A stretch of DNA of 64,000 bases from assembly GCF_008831285.2 (NCBI RefSeq), contig NC_045138.2:26660001-26724000 (forward strand), in the 5' to 3' direction. A program made the translations under genes and the position numbers. The notes beneath the pieces are model-generated. The model did no database searches, was not told where the DNA came from, and saw only the letters and a list, made by a program, of their open reading frames with translations. This stretch comes from Nymphaea colorata (lineage: Eukaryota). Of this stretch, positions 14,401 through 36,140 are shown in pieces. Each line of letters opens with the position of its first letter. Position 1 is the stretch's first letter.

Positions 14401-14712
14401 AGGAGGAGGAAGAGCTTGTTAATTATTTGAACCATTTTTTAAAATTTCTTATAATCAATTATTTACAGATTAAAAGAACATGATTTAGGCTATATTACGT
14501 GATGCTTTCAAACTGTTTACTTTTGTTTAACTAAAATAAATGGTTTCAGTTAATCTCAGAATATATTATCCTCGATACGAAAGAAGAAAGTTACGGTAGT
14601 TAATTATCAACAATCGTTATTTTTTTTTCATAAAAATTACTAGTGGTTCATGAAAAAAAAATTCTGGCTCCGCTCGCGAGGGCTACGGATAGTGAGATAA
14701 AAGATGCAAATC

Positions 14713-14745
<33 letters not shown>

Positions 14746-15621
14746 TACAGAGAGAGAGAGAAAGGAAAAGATAAGAAAGATACTTATCAGGCAAATAAAT
14801 GAGATTTCTTCTTAATACTGTGACATTATTGAGATCTTTAAAGTTATGTTTCTATTATATATTTCACTATATAAGTGCAATACTTTCAACTAATCCTAGA
14901 ACTGTCATTCTGCTTGTCATCAGTGTTTAACTTTATGCTCATTGGAATGAAACGTGGAAGAATCGGCCGAGCTTGACTTTCTTTCAGATGCAGCGAGTTA
15001 AATGAAACAAGTTTTCCACACTTCATATTATGCACTTAAAGAAAAAAAAAACATTGAAGATGAAATCACTTGAGAACTTTTGACGCCTGTAGATGTTCTA
15101 CTAGAAAAACTCACACTCTTTCTTTATGCATAAGTCGGAACACTGAGAAATCAGATTTGATACAATGGGTTGATAATCATGACAGTGAATTGTGGGTGGA
15201 TTAAAGAAAGAATCTGAAACTGAAAATACATTGTGGAGATTTCATCGAATTCAACCAAGATTTTCGAGTGCACTAACTATCGGATCCGATAAAGGCCGGG
15301 TAAGGGTCCAGACCTATCCGTTTCCCTCGTCAGCGTGTTACGGCGTTTCGGACTGGGTTCTGGATCGAGAGAGAGAGTGGGAGGGCTCTGCTGCTCGGGA
15401 AAGAGGGCAAGAGAGCTCCCAAGCCGTTCGACGAGCAGCGAGAGGAAGGAGGTGAAGTGAAGGGAAGAATCTTCGTGAAGGGCTCCCGCCGCCAATCTCT
15501 CTCCTGCAAAGCCGCAACATTTTCCTCTACCTCTGCGTACTTTTCCCGCCCCTTCGTCTTCTGATCGAGGCCACCGCTGCGCTTTGTCTCATTTTTTCCG
15601 GGGCAAGAAGAACAGGAAGAA

Positions 15622-23869
<8,248 letters not shown>

Positions 23870-25487
23870 AAGATTGACTTCTAGCTGTGGTTTGCTTTGT
23901 TTGGAAATGACAATCCTGTACGCAGGAGGGATTTATACTTTTGCTTAGGTAGTTGCAGTAGCGTAGTCTAACAGGGATTATTTTCAGAGATAGATGCTTC
24001 ACATGTTTTGGGAAGATTTCAATGAAAACGTGTGAAAGTCGAAAGGAAGGCCAGTCTCCATTGTAAGATAAATGGGTTGCATATTATGTAAAAACAAAGA
24101 AATGATTTTACAAATTTCATGAATTTTCAGCTCTTCTGATGTGTATTATTTGATATTCTGTTAATTGAATACATGTTTGTTTTAAGTAACTATTTTCTCC
24201 GTGCGCATCAGTATGTATGATTGGGTTCGTAAAAATGATGACCGTGCCAACCGCCGAGCTTTTGGCATGTATATAAGCTTTTGATTTAGCGGGAAAGCTT
24301 TACCAAGGTATTACTTGATCTGGTGATTACTGAGTTAAAACGGCCAAGTGTCCTGAGAATTTATCATTCTGATATGGTGCTTTCGAGGGCCAAGGTATTC
24401 TTTTACCACCATTGCACAGGAAGCTGTTGACGGAAGGAATTCACTAAATTTTTTGTTCATAACTAAAAATATGTTCTTGAGAATACATGGTGTTTAATTA
24501 TCATTGCAGCTTCAGGCACAATTTTTAGTAGTTTCTAGCTTTTCTTGTTGCCATATTTTTCGTGAGAATCCTTGAATAAAGGTTTCAGAATGGACATGCT
24601 ACCAAAACTGAGGTCATTTTGGAATTATACTGAATTCAGTTATTACTAGACACAATCAACTTAACCATCCCGAACCAACGCATTTGCAATTATATGGCAA
24701 CGGCATCCCCGACCAACCCATGTGCAATGGTATGGTACGTTTGAAACTGAAGAAAACCTTTTATATTATGACGATTCAACTCTTCATCATGTCTATATTT
24801 CATATTTCTTTGCGACTGGAAAACCTTTGGGAGGATATTCATATCTTTTACAACTTTCAAGGATGTCTGTTTATAATTTCTCTAAATTTTTGGGAGGGGG
24901 TAAGGATTTTGTTCAGCACTAGTTTTCTCACATCAACATTTTTCTCTCTTCCCTCGTATTGAAAAAAACGAATTACAACATATGCAAAAATAATTACATT
25001 CCTTGCGAAATTGAAAGAGGCCACCGATGTGTAAGATGAAACATGGTGGAGTCAGTCAGCGCCCTAAAATATTAGCACCCTGAAGTACTATTTTAGCACC
25101 CTAAAGTAGAAACAGGCCTCCCAAAGCTCGGAAAACAGAACTTGTATTTTAAGTTGAGAAAAGCAAAATACAAAGGGAGAAAGGGTTAGATGGATTCGTC
25201 TCTTACTGGGTGGTAGAAGCCCTGGAAGGTGCTAAAATGGGTTTCTGAATCAAACATATGAAAAACAGCGGTGTAGTTTGTTTTGATGGAATTAACAGAA
25301 AAAAAAAAAAAGAACCCTAAAGCGGCCAATTTGGACGTTGCATCTGCCGGTGGCCTGATCGTAGTATGGGTGCGGCCTCAAATGGTACGGGCCTTCCGTA
25401 GAGGTACACCACCGTTCCCGCGAGTCCACCCATGTGTCTTCTTTGTTAGGATATGCGAGTTCTCCTCGCCATTTCCAAGCGATCAAA

Positions 25488-27984
25488 ATGAGTGAGCAAC
25501 CTAGACTCTACACCCATAAGCCTAGAAAAGGTAACTCCGAGAGACTGCCTTCATTTCGGTGTTTCTCCCCGTTCGCCTGCTTTTGAAGATGAAAGAGAAT
25601 GATGGTATTTGTTGGTGATCTCTGGTCATCGCCGCATTGCTTCCTTTTTGTTGTTTCAGGACAGATCAAGCCTAAAAATGAAGTGGGTCAGTCAGTTTCT
25701 CAGCCTTCGACGAACCCTCCCAGACCAGCAGCGCCGCCACCAACAAAAACGAGTACAACAACAACAGCAGCAGCAGTTTCTGCTCCCAAGGAGACATTTG
25801 CTCGTCGTTACAAGTTCGTGTGGCCGGTTCTGCTCATGGTGAATCTTGCTGTTGGAGGTAAGAAAATTTTGGCAGCATGTTTGGTTTGTTTAACATTTTT
25901 CTTCTTATAATGTTTTGAATCGATATTTGCTTTGTTGCATATATGTGCTCTTTGGTTTGGTTTTTGTTGTGCTTCCAGTTATTAATTTAGTAAGTTAGAG
26001 CCGTTTGGATACTAATCACCGACTGATTTTCGTTTTTGGTGGACTGCGTTGTGCTTCCTCTTTGTTTCTTCTGATCTTCTACGTCCTCTCTGTGGTTGTC
26101 ACCATTTCGGATTGAAGTTTTATCTATAGAAAATTTTCTGAAAAGAGAACGCATCCTCCAGTGTTCAGCACTGAAGAAAAGGTGTCCTTCCCTGACACAG
26201 ATTTTAAAAATTGCTATTGATTCTGCAGCCCTGCTAGAACTTAGAAATATGGGCTTTTCCTTATTGTTTTGTTCATGGAGAAGTTATTGGTCTGGCTGTG
26301 AAGGTTTAAGTAGAAACGAAAGGACATTTTATCGCAAATATATTGCTTTTTGTTGTTAAGCAAGACTCGGGTAACTATCTCAGTGCCTTTGTGACACAGT
26401 AACATAATACATACTTCGTCTCTAAAAGTATGTTGATGCTTGTCATAGGCCCGACTGTGAAGGTGTAAGGAGAAAGAGCAATCGGGGCATTTTGTCGCAA
26501 AAATATTTTACTCTTCTTAAGCTTCTGCCAACCATCTCAGCGCCTTTGTTCACTAGAAACATGCAGCATACGTTGTCTCTAGTCTAAACTATGTTGATGC
26601 TTGTTTTGGCAAGTCTTTGTCCGTTATCTTGGCACGTTTTTCTTAAGTAACATTCAATTTCTGTCTTCAAGCAAATTTTTGCTCATCATCTCGAGTGAAG
26701 ACATTTGTCTTAAGTGCATGAATTTCGTTGCAATTTCTTGCCATTTCTTGCAATTGGTCTCTGTCAGAGCCTTTGATTAGTAGGTACTGCCTTCTTAATA
26801 AGATAAAGAAGCTTGCAAGCTCAGAATCAGATAAGTAAAATCATCTATAGTAGAATGAGCAATAATAATCTTGTGCAATAATCAAATTCATTTTTAGTAG
26901 CTGGATATTGTGGTTAGTGTCTCCATGAGAATAGAAGCTGTCTACTGTCTAATGCCTCACCAATTTCCTATCTGGACATGACCACACCCTTGTGCAGCAT
27001 ATTCTTGATGTTTCGATGAGCCCAGAGAAGTACATAAAAGCAAGTCCCAGCACTTCCTTTGGAGAAAGCCAAATATCAGCTTTAGAACAATATGAAAAAG
27101 AGGGGCATCAGCAGGTGACGGAAGAAGAAATTGCATCTTCTCTTCTTTGGTATACCCTTTGAAGTGTTTTAATTTGTGTTTCATCACTAGCCCTCTATTT
27201 GAAGGAATTTGTTGCAGCCTTGCAGGTAGTAGAGTCACATGCCTTCTACCATAACCACCTCTTCCATCGGTCATTCTTCCATTTGTCTCATATTATCCCA
27301 TAATCTGGATAAAGTTCAAACATCATGGTATCTCATAATCTTGTTTAAGTTCAAACCTCAAACATGAAACATCAATGCTTAGCCTCTATAAGAACTATTC
27401 AAGCCAGTCTGACATGACACTGTATTGAGTATCAGTTATCAAACTGAGACCTATAGCCAAGACCCTGACCTACTGAAGTAAATGGACGGATTCACAATGT
27501 TTAAGTGCAGACAGATTGATTCTGCTTAGAATGAAGATTGTTGAAGCCAATAAATAGAGGTCTACAACATGGCACGATCAAGGGCATTTGACATGCCCAT
27601 TACGTGGCTTACGGTGCCGCTGCTTTTCAATTCAATCCCAAGTAATTGGATTGACTTAAAATAAAAAGATTTAGTACCATCACGTTAATTAGAATATACT
27701 CAATGAGTCTCTTCTGGTCTTCTACACAAAGAACAAGAGTTAAAAGTTTCGTGAATGGGCACACTTCACTTACATAGCTGGATTGCATAACTGGATTCAA
27801 TATAGTCTAAATTTGGCTAGTAGCGAGTCTTTTGTTCACATTGTGATCTATTACTGCAGTTTCGATATTTTGGAGAACAAGGAAGATGGATTACCACGAT
27901 GCTGAAGAGGTTGGTCGTCAGGTTTCTGTTCCTGTGTCTGACATGAGCACTACAGTTCCTGGGAAGCCTGCTCAACCTCCATAA
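25488..27984 (+). CDS. Small uncharacterised single-transmembrane protein (At1g55160-like family), 3 exons, 121 aa; C-terminus apparently truncated
   Basis: Exons 25488-25530 (MSEQPRLYTHKPRK), 25660-25857 (GQIKPK...Pro/Thr-rich...KETFARRYKFVWPVLLMVNLAVG), 27860-27984 (VSIFWRTRKMD...PGKPAQPP*). Canonical GT-AG sites with matching phase 1/1. The 'LY.(H/N)KP(R/K)K' and 'FARRYK.(V/L)WP.LL.VNLAVG..F.RT' motifs match my recollection of this plant family. Confidence 0.8.
26320..26605 (+). repeat. ~165-bp diverged tandem duplication (intron 2 of the small gene)
   Basis: Two copies of CATTTT.TCGCAAA...TTAAGC...ATCTCAG.GCCTTTGT...GTCTCTA...TATGTTGATGCTTGT. Confidence 0.8.
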
Positions 27985-29091
27985 AAGTCATTCTAAGGAG
28001 GAGGAGGAGTAGGAAACAGACGAAGCCAAACACTCCACGGCAGAGAGGAAAAAGAGAAATTTGCATGATGGCAACGATTCGTGACAACAATAAATATCCA
28101 ACTTTCGCGAGTTGATCTGATGGCGTATTGCAGCATCTATCTCCATTGAGGCTCATTGAGTGGGATTTCGTTTATTAATGAACTTCTATAGATTCTGTAT
28201 GTCGAATGAAGCATGCTATGACTGGTAATTGTTTGATGACAGAGCCATGTCTGAGTCAAAGGTAAGCAGTGACCAACAGTCTGGCAGGATTTCGACCACC
28301 CCTTTCAACTTAAGGTGGTCTTTAGTTGCACAGTCGCATTTACCTGCAGTTTCAAGACGAAGCTTTGAAAAGAAGGCAAACAAGGTGAACATTTACTGGG
28401 GTAAATGTTCACTTTCCACTCTTAAAAGTAGAACGTTTTTTTTTTTTTTGGTCGTGGAGATCTGGGCTAAAATAATAATTACACAACCAGGCCTTTCCAT
28501 CTCGAAAAAGCCATCTCGACTCACGGTCCAGGGCAATTTTTTTGTTCTTTGGAAAAATTTACCCTCTTGAGGTGTACTTAAGAAAAGTTTCACTTTTTTT
28601 TCTTCACTCTGCTTTTTCTAACTTCCATGCAAACCGCCCCCAGGAAAAGTATGACCTGACCTCAACATATGCCGACTGCAATATTTTCGTGTATTGTGTC
28701 AAGAAAAGAGTGCTGAATAAGTGGTTGGTAGGTAATAAATGGGTCCGGTTATGGTTTGATAAATTACATGCCTGACCTGCTTCCATGACAGCTCTGAAAT
28801 TTGATCTGCAAGTTCCCAGTGTAGAAGAACAGTTAGAAGTGAATATTTTTTATTACCTGTGGATTGGCTTTGCTTTTGCATTTTTATAGTTATTAAATCT
28901 GGATGTAGTTCTGATTCTTCTTGAGCAGATCTTGACGTAGCCGTTTAATTTTCCCAAGATTCATACCGGTCGAGACCCAGTTGGTAGCCTCCTAGATCGT
29001 CTCACCTTCATTTTTATTCCATAAAGCGCATTTGTGTAAGGTAATGTCGGTTGGAAGTGATCGTTAGCAAATGATTTGGCGTGATACAAAC

Positions 29092-29458
29092 CATTGTCAC
29101 ACAAAAAGTATATGGGTATTACACAGTGATGAATTTTTTAGGTATAATACGACCAAATTGTATATTTGGAGAATATATGGAGAAAATCTCTGTGAATTTT
29201 TAAAAAATTTAAAACATTTAATAAATCTTAAAAAAATAAAAATAATAAAAAATATGAAAAAAGGGTGAAAACGTGTATAATATCATATTATACCCGTATT
29301 AGGTATAATATGCATATTATACCCGTTGTTTTCGTGTTTTTTTATTTTTTAGCGTTTTTTTCACGTTTTATATGGCTGACTTGTTTTTCACATTTTATAT
29401 GCATTTTTTTTAATAAAACGTGTTTATTTTTTTAATAAAACGTGTTTTTTGTGACAAT
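29092..29458. mobile_element. hAT-type MITE with CATTGTCAC termini
   Basis: CATTGTCACACAAAA ... TTTTTTGTGACAAT, with TACAAAC repeated on both flanks (TSD remnant). Confidence 0.75.
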
Positions 29459-31020
29459 TACAAACAACCTCTTGGTCCATGCTAATGAGGTCCTAAGGCT
29501 TGGGCTCTTTATTGTCCCCATAAGGGGCCGTTTGGTGAGGAGAGCATGCTGTTATGAATATACTTCAAATATTTTGTGATAGATTTATAGAACACTATGT
29601 TATTTGCCTTAATCTTTATGAAAAATTTATGAAGCAATAACAAAATGTTACTATTGCCAAATAATTGATATGTAGTTTGGCAGGAAGTTGAAGATTACAA
29701 TCTCAAAAGTGGGAACTTTTAGAACTTGGAGATTCTCCATGGCTTCTGCTCTTTCATGGCCACACAATCTATGGCAGTAATCCTGCATGCACAAGTTTCC
29801 AATGCGAGAGGTACAACCAGGTGAGAAAAAAACATAGGAAACAAACAAAGGATACTAAGGTTGTGTTTGTTATGTGTCAAGACGGCCCATTAAGTAGCCA
29901 TGAGAGAGCTCGTCTCACACGATTTGAGAAATTCAACGTGTGTTTGATTTAGGGTTTGTATTTCTGAGATGGGCCGTCTTAGAAGGAGGGTTGCACAACA
30001 AGTCAAGCCATCTCAAGCTTGACTATTCACTCGTCAAAACTTGACTCGAGCTAGACCCATTGATAAACAAGTCGAGCTCTAGTTCAAATATATACATGAA
30101 ATGGCAAATGAGTCGAATTAGAGTTGTAAGAACTTGACTGGTTTAAACTCGGTTTGGCTTGATTACATAATGAATTTGAATTATAATAAGAGAATAGTTA
30201 AATGAGTGGCAAGTAAACTACGACAACATTATGAAGGTAAAAGGCCATGGCTGGAGTTCTACAGGCTTGTTAAAGATTTTCCACAATGTCAAAGTTGAAA
30301 AAGATATCTTACGGCCGAATTGGGTTACTTCATCACCCCCCACATCAAGTAATAGAGGAACGTAATTTTGTGTGCAGCTAATGTTGATCCTTTTTTTTTT
30401 TTTTTTAAATGTGATATGGTATTTGTATTCTAGAAGTGTTGAGTCAGCCTTTGGATCTAGTCTATATGAAGGATAGCTCATCTTTTGGTGTTATCATATG
30501 TTTTTGTACAAATAATTTTGTTCAATAAATATAAGGGGCCGCATCCCCATCCCCCAACAATCTGTGATTGCAAGTGGCTAGTTAAAAGAAACTATACATG
30601 CTTAATAGAAACAAGTTAAAAGAGTCAAGCTCCACGTTATAAATATTGTTTTTGTGTTTTAAATGGCAAAATTTTTCACACAACAAACTTGAAAAAAATG
30701 AAAAAATATCACAAATTTTTAAAATATTTAAAAAACCTAAAAAATTAGGGAACATAAAGTAAGTGAGAAAGTAACAAACAAGACTACATTAAAAAATAAG
30801 TAGACAAGTAGACAAGCAAAAAAAATAAGAAACGGGAACAAGCAGTTTGACTTTCAAAAAAATAAAAAAAAATGTTTAAAATGAAAAAAAAATCGAAAAT
30901 ATTTTTACTGTTTTATTCGACTGACTTATTTTTCACATTTTCAACGCATTTTCTTTGAACACTTTCTTTTACAAAAAAAAAAGAAAGAAAAAGAAAAAGA
31001 AGAAGACTATGACCGCTGGT

Positions 31021-31060
31021 GCTTACTGAATCAGTAAACGGCTTACTGAATCAGCAAACG
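31021..31060 (+). repeat. 20-bp tandem repeat, 2 units
   Basis: GCTTACTGAATCAGTAAACG followed by GCTTACTGAATCAGCAAACG. Confidence 0.9.
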
Positions 31061-32137
31061 GATGGACAGTTCCTTCCACCGGACAAGCAACTACGCGGTT
31101 GGTTGGACAAGATTGTTAGGTTGTGGCGCATGTCCAACCTGCCCGATGATCAACTCAATTTGTTGTCCTCTATAAAAAGTGCTGGAAACTATTGAGTTTA
31201 CGTGTTGATTGAGAAGGTTTGTCATGTCAGTGACGATGAACTTTTAAGTCGAACTTAATTTGTCATTATGAAGATCGAGTTTGTCTCTCTTCATTGAATG
31301 TTTCATCACAATACTTAATGACCAAAAAGATAAACAAAAAAAGCATATCAATTAGATTGTATTGCTAATTTTCTCGTCAGCAATGTTTCTTCTTCTGTGT
31401 TCTTCACAAATATATCATGCATGCAGACATCAGAACTGCAGGAATTAATAAAACTTGAGAGTTCTTGTGCATAGAGCAGATATAGTAAATATTCTGAAAC
31501 TAGTCATTTGAAATATTTGGTCTTATAAAATAAGATCTACACATCAAAAATTGGTTGATGTTTCCATGTGGAGGCAAATTCGTTGAAATGTGCATAACAA
31601 CAGCAGTTGTTCATATTACTGTGATAGAGAGAAAAAGGAGTGAGAGAAGTACAATGGTTTGCTGTCAAAGCTCTTGAGAGACTTGATATAGATCTGGAGC
31701 TAACAAGCAACCCTTCCTCCAATTATTGGCCATTGTTAGAGAGAGAAAAGGAGAGAGAGAGTTATGTGAAGGCAGGTGGCTAGCAACTAGCAGTCAAATC
31801 TCCATTATCCTTTGCCAGGAAATTCACCTAACATTCCTGGACTCACACAGATCAACCTAACTGTTGGGAGGCATTAATACAGAAATGTCACACAAGTAAA
31901 GTTTTTTGTCAAAATTTAGTGGGGTCAAAGGGGATTTTAATGGATTTATTGTGCTTACCCTCATCTTAGATGAGCCCAACTAACAGTGGCGGAGCCAGAG
32001 AATTTTAGCTGAGCGGCCAGAGGAATCATTAGAATAGAAATTGCGCAACTTGTAAAGGTTTGCCAAAAATTAGTGCGGACAATAGGCGATTTTATTGCAT
32101 CTATTGTGCTTACCTCATCCTAGATGAACCCAAGTAG

Positions 32138-32308
32138 CAGTGGTGGAGCCACAAAATTTTGTTTGAGGTGCGGCAACGAGTCCCCATGGGGCACTGCCCC
32201 GGGCCTGGTATGGGCACTGCAAGTGGCGAGACCTGGGTCCGGCTCCGTCATAATAGAACTTTTCGATGATTGTGGCCTACACCAGCCCACATAGGAGCTC
32301 TGCTACTG
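32138..32308. mobile_element. hAT-type MITE (CAGTGGCGGAGCC family)
   Basis: CAGTGGTGGAGCC ... GCTCTGCTACTG with TSD CCAAGTAG/CCAAGTGG (7/8). Confidence 0.8.
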
Positions 32309-32820
32309 CCAAGTGGAGATATTTGCATGTTTGCATGTCATAATTTCCGACCGCCGCCACGTAAGCCCCTTACCTGGCACAGTTATCAAAGAAGTTACAC
32401 TGAATGGCTTGGGGCCCCCTATTATTGACTCTTATAATCAACATAACCAAGCACAAGAACACAACCAAAAAGAACACACCATATAGTCTTTAGCTCAAAC
32501 ACATCTTGGGTTTGTGATCTTAGCGAAGTTAATCATGCAAATATTGTCTTCATGTTTAAACTTAATGTGTTTCTAATACTATACAAGATTTATAAGTTTC
32601 CCGACAATGTAATCCTAGTTAGAGATAAAAAAAAAAAAGCCCAATCTTGCATTTGTTTACTGTGGATCTGAAGTCCGCAGTGATCTTAGATCACCAAGTA
32701 TCACAGCTCCTTTGGATTGGAGGTCCAACAAGTAAGTAGCGTGGATATGAAATCCACTGCAAGTTGAAACATAGCTGGGCGCTACCCCAAGGCATTGAAA
32801 GTAGCCTTGGATCTTGGAAG

Positions 32821-33016
32821 CAGGGGGGAAGCGAGGATTTTTTTCAAGGGCGGGCCAAACGATCCAACGAACTTATCTGGGCAGTGCCAAACTAAACTCG
32901 AATTCAAAAAAATACATTACGCAACTAAAATTTTTTGATTTTTTTAATGTAATTTTTTTTTTCAATTAGTTAGGGTGGGGCCATGGCTTAGGCGGGCCCT
33001 CCCCCCTCCGCCCCTG
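32821..33016. mobile_element. hAT-type MITE (CAG(G/T)GGCGGA family)
   Basis: CAGGGGGGAAG ... CTCCGCCCCTG with a perfect 8-bp TSD, CTTGGAAG (32813-32820 and 33017-33024). Confidence 0.88.
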
Positions 33017-33594
33017 CTTGGAAGGGATGGAGAGAGGCTTTGGCCTTCGCTCAGGTGTTGAAATTTTTTCCCGCTTATCCGAAGTGAATTATTTTACAAA
33101 AGGAGATTGTACGAACTGTTCCGCACCGACGGAATTGAAGCGATCACTTGGAGATCTCATCCTCTAGACTACTTGGCATAAAAAACCACCTAACGTTCCT
33201 TGCATCCTGCGCAGCCTCTGCCATGGCCAAACATTCAAAGGGAAAACAGTTTGTTCTAAGAAAATAAGGAGAAATTTCAAAGCCCGTCATTTTTGTCTCT
33301 AAGCTAAGCTGTTCCTCTTTTTCTTGGCCAACTCATTGCCTGCAACTAGTTTTCCGAAAGGGTGGACAACTCGGTTATAATTCTCTTTTTCTTATTCTCC
33401 TTCTTCCTCAACAGCAGCTTAGAGGGCCCTCTTCCTTATTTGTACAAGTGTTTGATATGGGATTTTCTGTACAATAAACTGAAATGAATCTTAAAGATCG
33501 AGATAAGCTCTTGCCTGTTCATAAGTCCAACACTTCTTTCAACATGAAGGGTGAGTCACAAGCAGGTTTCGAACTTGCAAACACGATATTAAAC

Positions 33595-33675
33595 ATTCAT
33601 GGATGCTCAAAACTGAATTATTAAGTTCATATTCATGGATGCTCAAAACTGAATTATTAAGTTCATATTCATGGA
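33595..33675 (+). repeat. Perfect 36-bp tandem repeat (about 2.3 units)
   Basis: ATTCATGGATGCTCAAAACTGAATTATTAAGTTCAT twice, then ATTCATGGA. No spacers. Confidence 0.95.
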
Positions 33676-36054
33676 GCTCTAGACTTTCAAGTAGATCAAG
33701 TCCAAATCTGATGTGGGTACATGTAATTTTTTGAATTATCGAGCTGGTGTGGCCCGTGTGGGCAGAGGCCCACACCAGTCCTGATTATCTCTGCCACTGC
33801 CTGAAACATGTGCAGCAAGAAGACGGGAAAACCAATTTGATAAGTAGTTAATCAATTAGAAATTTAACTTTGATACCATGTAAAGGACATGCAATAACAA
33901 TTGAATAAAATAAAAGACTAAAGGAAATTAAAATCGACAGAGGTACATGGTTCGGCCACATTCATGGAGAAACTGATCACTCTCCCTTGCCTGCATTTAT
34001 GATTAAGATAAAAAGGAAAAAAACGTATTTATGTTCTCTTAAATTCATTAGATCAAACAATATAAATGTTATCTCAAATCAACTAATTTCTTATTTTTTT
34101 ATTAAAAATAACCAAAATTATTATTTTTCTGTATTAATTGCAGAGACCCCAAAAGACAAAAGTAAAAAACTTTTTATACCATATAATGGTACAGACAGGG
34201 GCAAAAGTAAGTAAGTGTGGGTAATTGTTTATGGGCCCATAAAAGGTGTTTCATATTGATATTTCAGTATAATTTTTCTCATTTATATGACCATTAAAAA
34301 TTTAAAATTAAATACTCATGCCTGTTAAAAATTTAAAACTTTTAGGTCCGCTCATATATTTCAGACCAAATTTTAAACAAAAAGCTGGCCGTGACAGATT
34401 TCAAGTATGGCGAAACGCTGCCATTTAGTGTCGACATCGAGACAACCAACGGAGGGAAAAAGACCGCTATGGCTGTTTGCTCAGGGAATAATGTATCTGC
34501 TAAGGTTGCAGAAGAAATCATATGACAGCTATAATATATTCACATCGGATTTAGGTCGAATTTGGTTCGTATATCCATGAAAACGACAAAAGCTTCCCTC
34601 CACATAGAACCTTTGGTTACTCCTCCACAACTTGAGTAGCAAAGCAAACACAGTGAAAAATTTTCCCCTCTAAAAAAGGTTTTTCTTTTCAAAATTTACC
34701 TTTAAAATTTTTTTTTTGAGTGAGCAGAAAGTTAACAATCACACCGCCAAGAAAAAACCTGATGGTCCTCTCATTCGCCTTGTCTCTAGGGTCTTAGGTT
34801 CTTTTAGACCTGGGGTACGGTACACATTTCAACTTAAAGTGTTGTAATTTCATCTTTCATAGTTCAAAAAAGTAACACCTATAGGAATCAAACATATCTT
34901 TTATATACTTGTCTGTCTGACTAACTATGATACGCCCCTGAAGCCATCTTGAAAAAGCTCTTACTACTTTTTTAAATACTGCCCACAAAATATCAAATTT
35001 TTGATGGTTTTCACGCCGAATGTCTTAAAAGAAGAAGAAAAGTGTGTGGAATTTAATTGACTTTAATGCTTGATCTTCAAAGTAGCACCCATTTGGACGT
35101 TCACATGGGATATATTAGCAATTTCTTATGTACCTAGTCGCTTCTGCTCCATTTCAACTTATACATCGATGACCCTCTTTGATTGTAAGGAATTGGTGCC
35201 GAGATTGACCGCATGTCAGCCCCTCCCTAGGCTATTGTGCTAAACCTGTCATGGTCATGCTGAAAAGAATTAATCCACTTATCTAACTCCATATATAAAT
35301 ACATACATGTATACTTTACCAACAATCTAGTTCTGGCTGGGACCCACTTCTCGGAACCATTGGCAGGTCTTTGTAAGTAATTTTTTTTTAAATGTCACAT
35401 ATTAGTTGACATTCACCTTTTATTATATATTATATTGTCTCCATGAATTTCAAAGGATCCATTTGTGTGTGTAGTAAGCTAAAAATTGATGCAATCATTT
35501 GATTTTCTTGTCAAATAAGTCAAGCTGTTAAATTTGTATTAGACAAGTCATCCCTGACTAAATTCAATCACATCCGTCACAAATTTGGGTATGATTTGCA
35601 GATGAAGTCTCATTTGGAGATGACATTGTATTTGGACCTGCAGATTAGATAGTCTAGTCAAAGAAATGACCTTTATTAAAGCCATGTTTATTGGATACAA
35701 GTCACAACTGATGGGGACAATTGGTATGTTGGCCCAGCATGTGTAAAAGAATGCTTGTTTGAATAATAATCACCCTTTTTACCTTCTTTGCATGAGTTGA
35801 TGCTCATTAGTCTAAATTTCATAACCCATCCTCCCCATGCTGGATTTTTTCAGATCCATGATCCACCTTTTTAGTCATCAATGTTATTTATGCCGTGTTT
35901 TCTAGAGAAACCAGGGTTTGGTTGGCACTTGAAAATCTAGGTTTTATATGTGATTTAGTTTGGATTGCATTAAATCAAATATAATTAAAATTTGAATCAG
36001 ATTATACGCAAAAGTTGAACCTTGAATATTGGTTTTGAGAAACCTATTCAATTA

Positions 36055-36140
36055 CCACAAGGGGTTGTAGCGTACCGGCCGACAAGGGCGGTCCACCTAT
36101 TAAGGGAGTTGGGTTCAAATCCCGAGGTGGTTGTTGTCAT
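36055..36140 (+). mobile_element. Possible tRNA-derived SINE of a second family
   Basis: TAGCGTACCGG (A-box-like) and GGGTTCAAATCCC (B-box) at tRNA-like spacing. No cloverleaf. Confidence 0.4.

Noticed and set aside
28385..28412. Perfect 12-bp-stem hairpin GTGAACATTTAC-TGGG-GTAAATGTTCAC
   Set aside because: An isolated short palindrome. Too small for a MIR precursor, and intrinsic terminators do not apply to plant nuclear genes.
32704..32728. TTTGGATTGGAGG resembling miR159
   Set aside because: The match diverges after about 13 nt and no precursor hairpin is visible.
33595..33675. 36-bp direct repeats of CRISPR-like length
   Set aside because: The units are contiguous with no spacers, there are only about 2.3 copies, and the context is eukaryotic with no cas genes.
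33868..33990. CTTTGATACCATGT, a minus-strand PBS-like site followed by an LTR-like segment
   Set aside because: One mismatch to the PBS and no partner LTR or pol remnants. Too weak to call.
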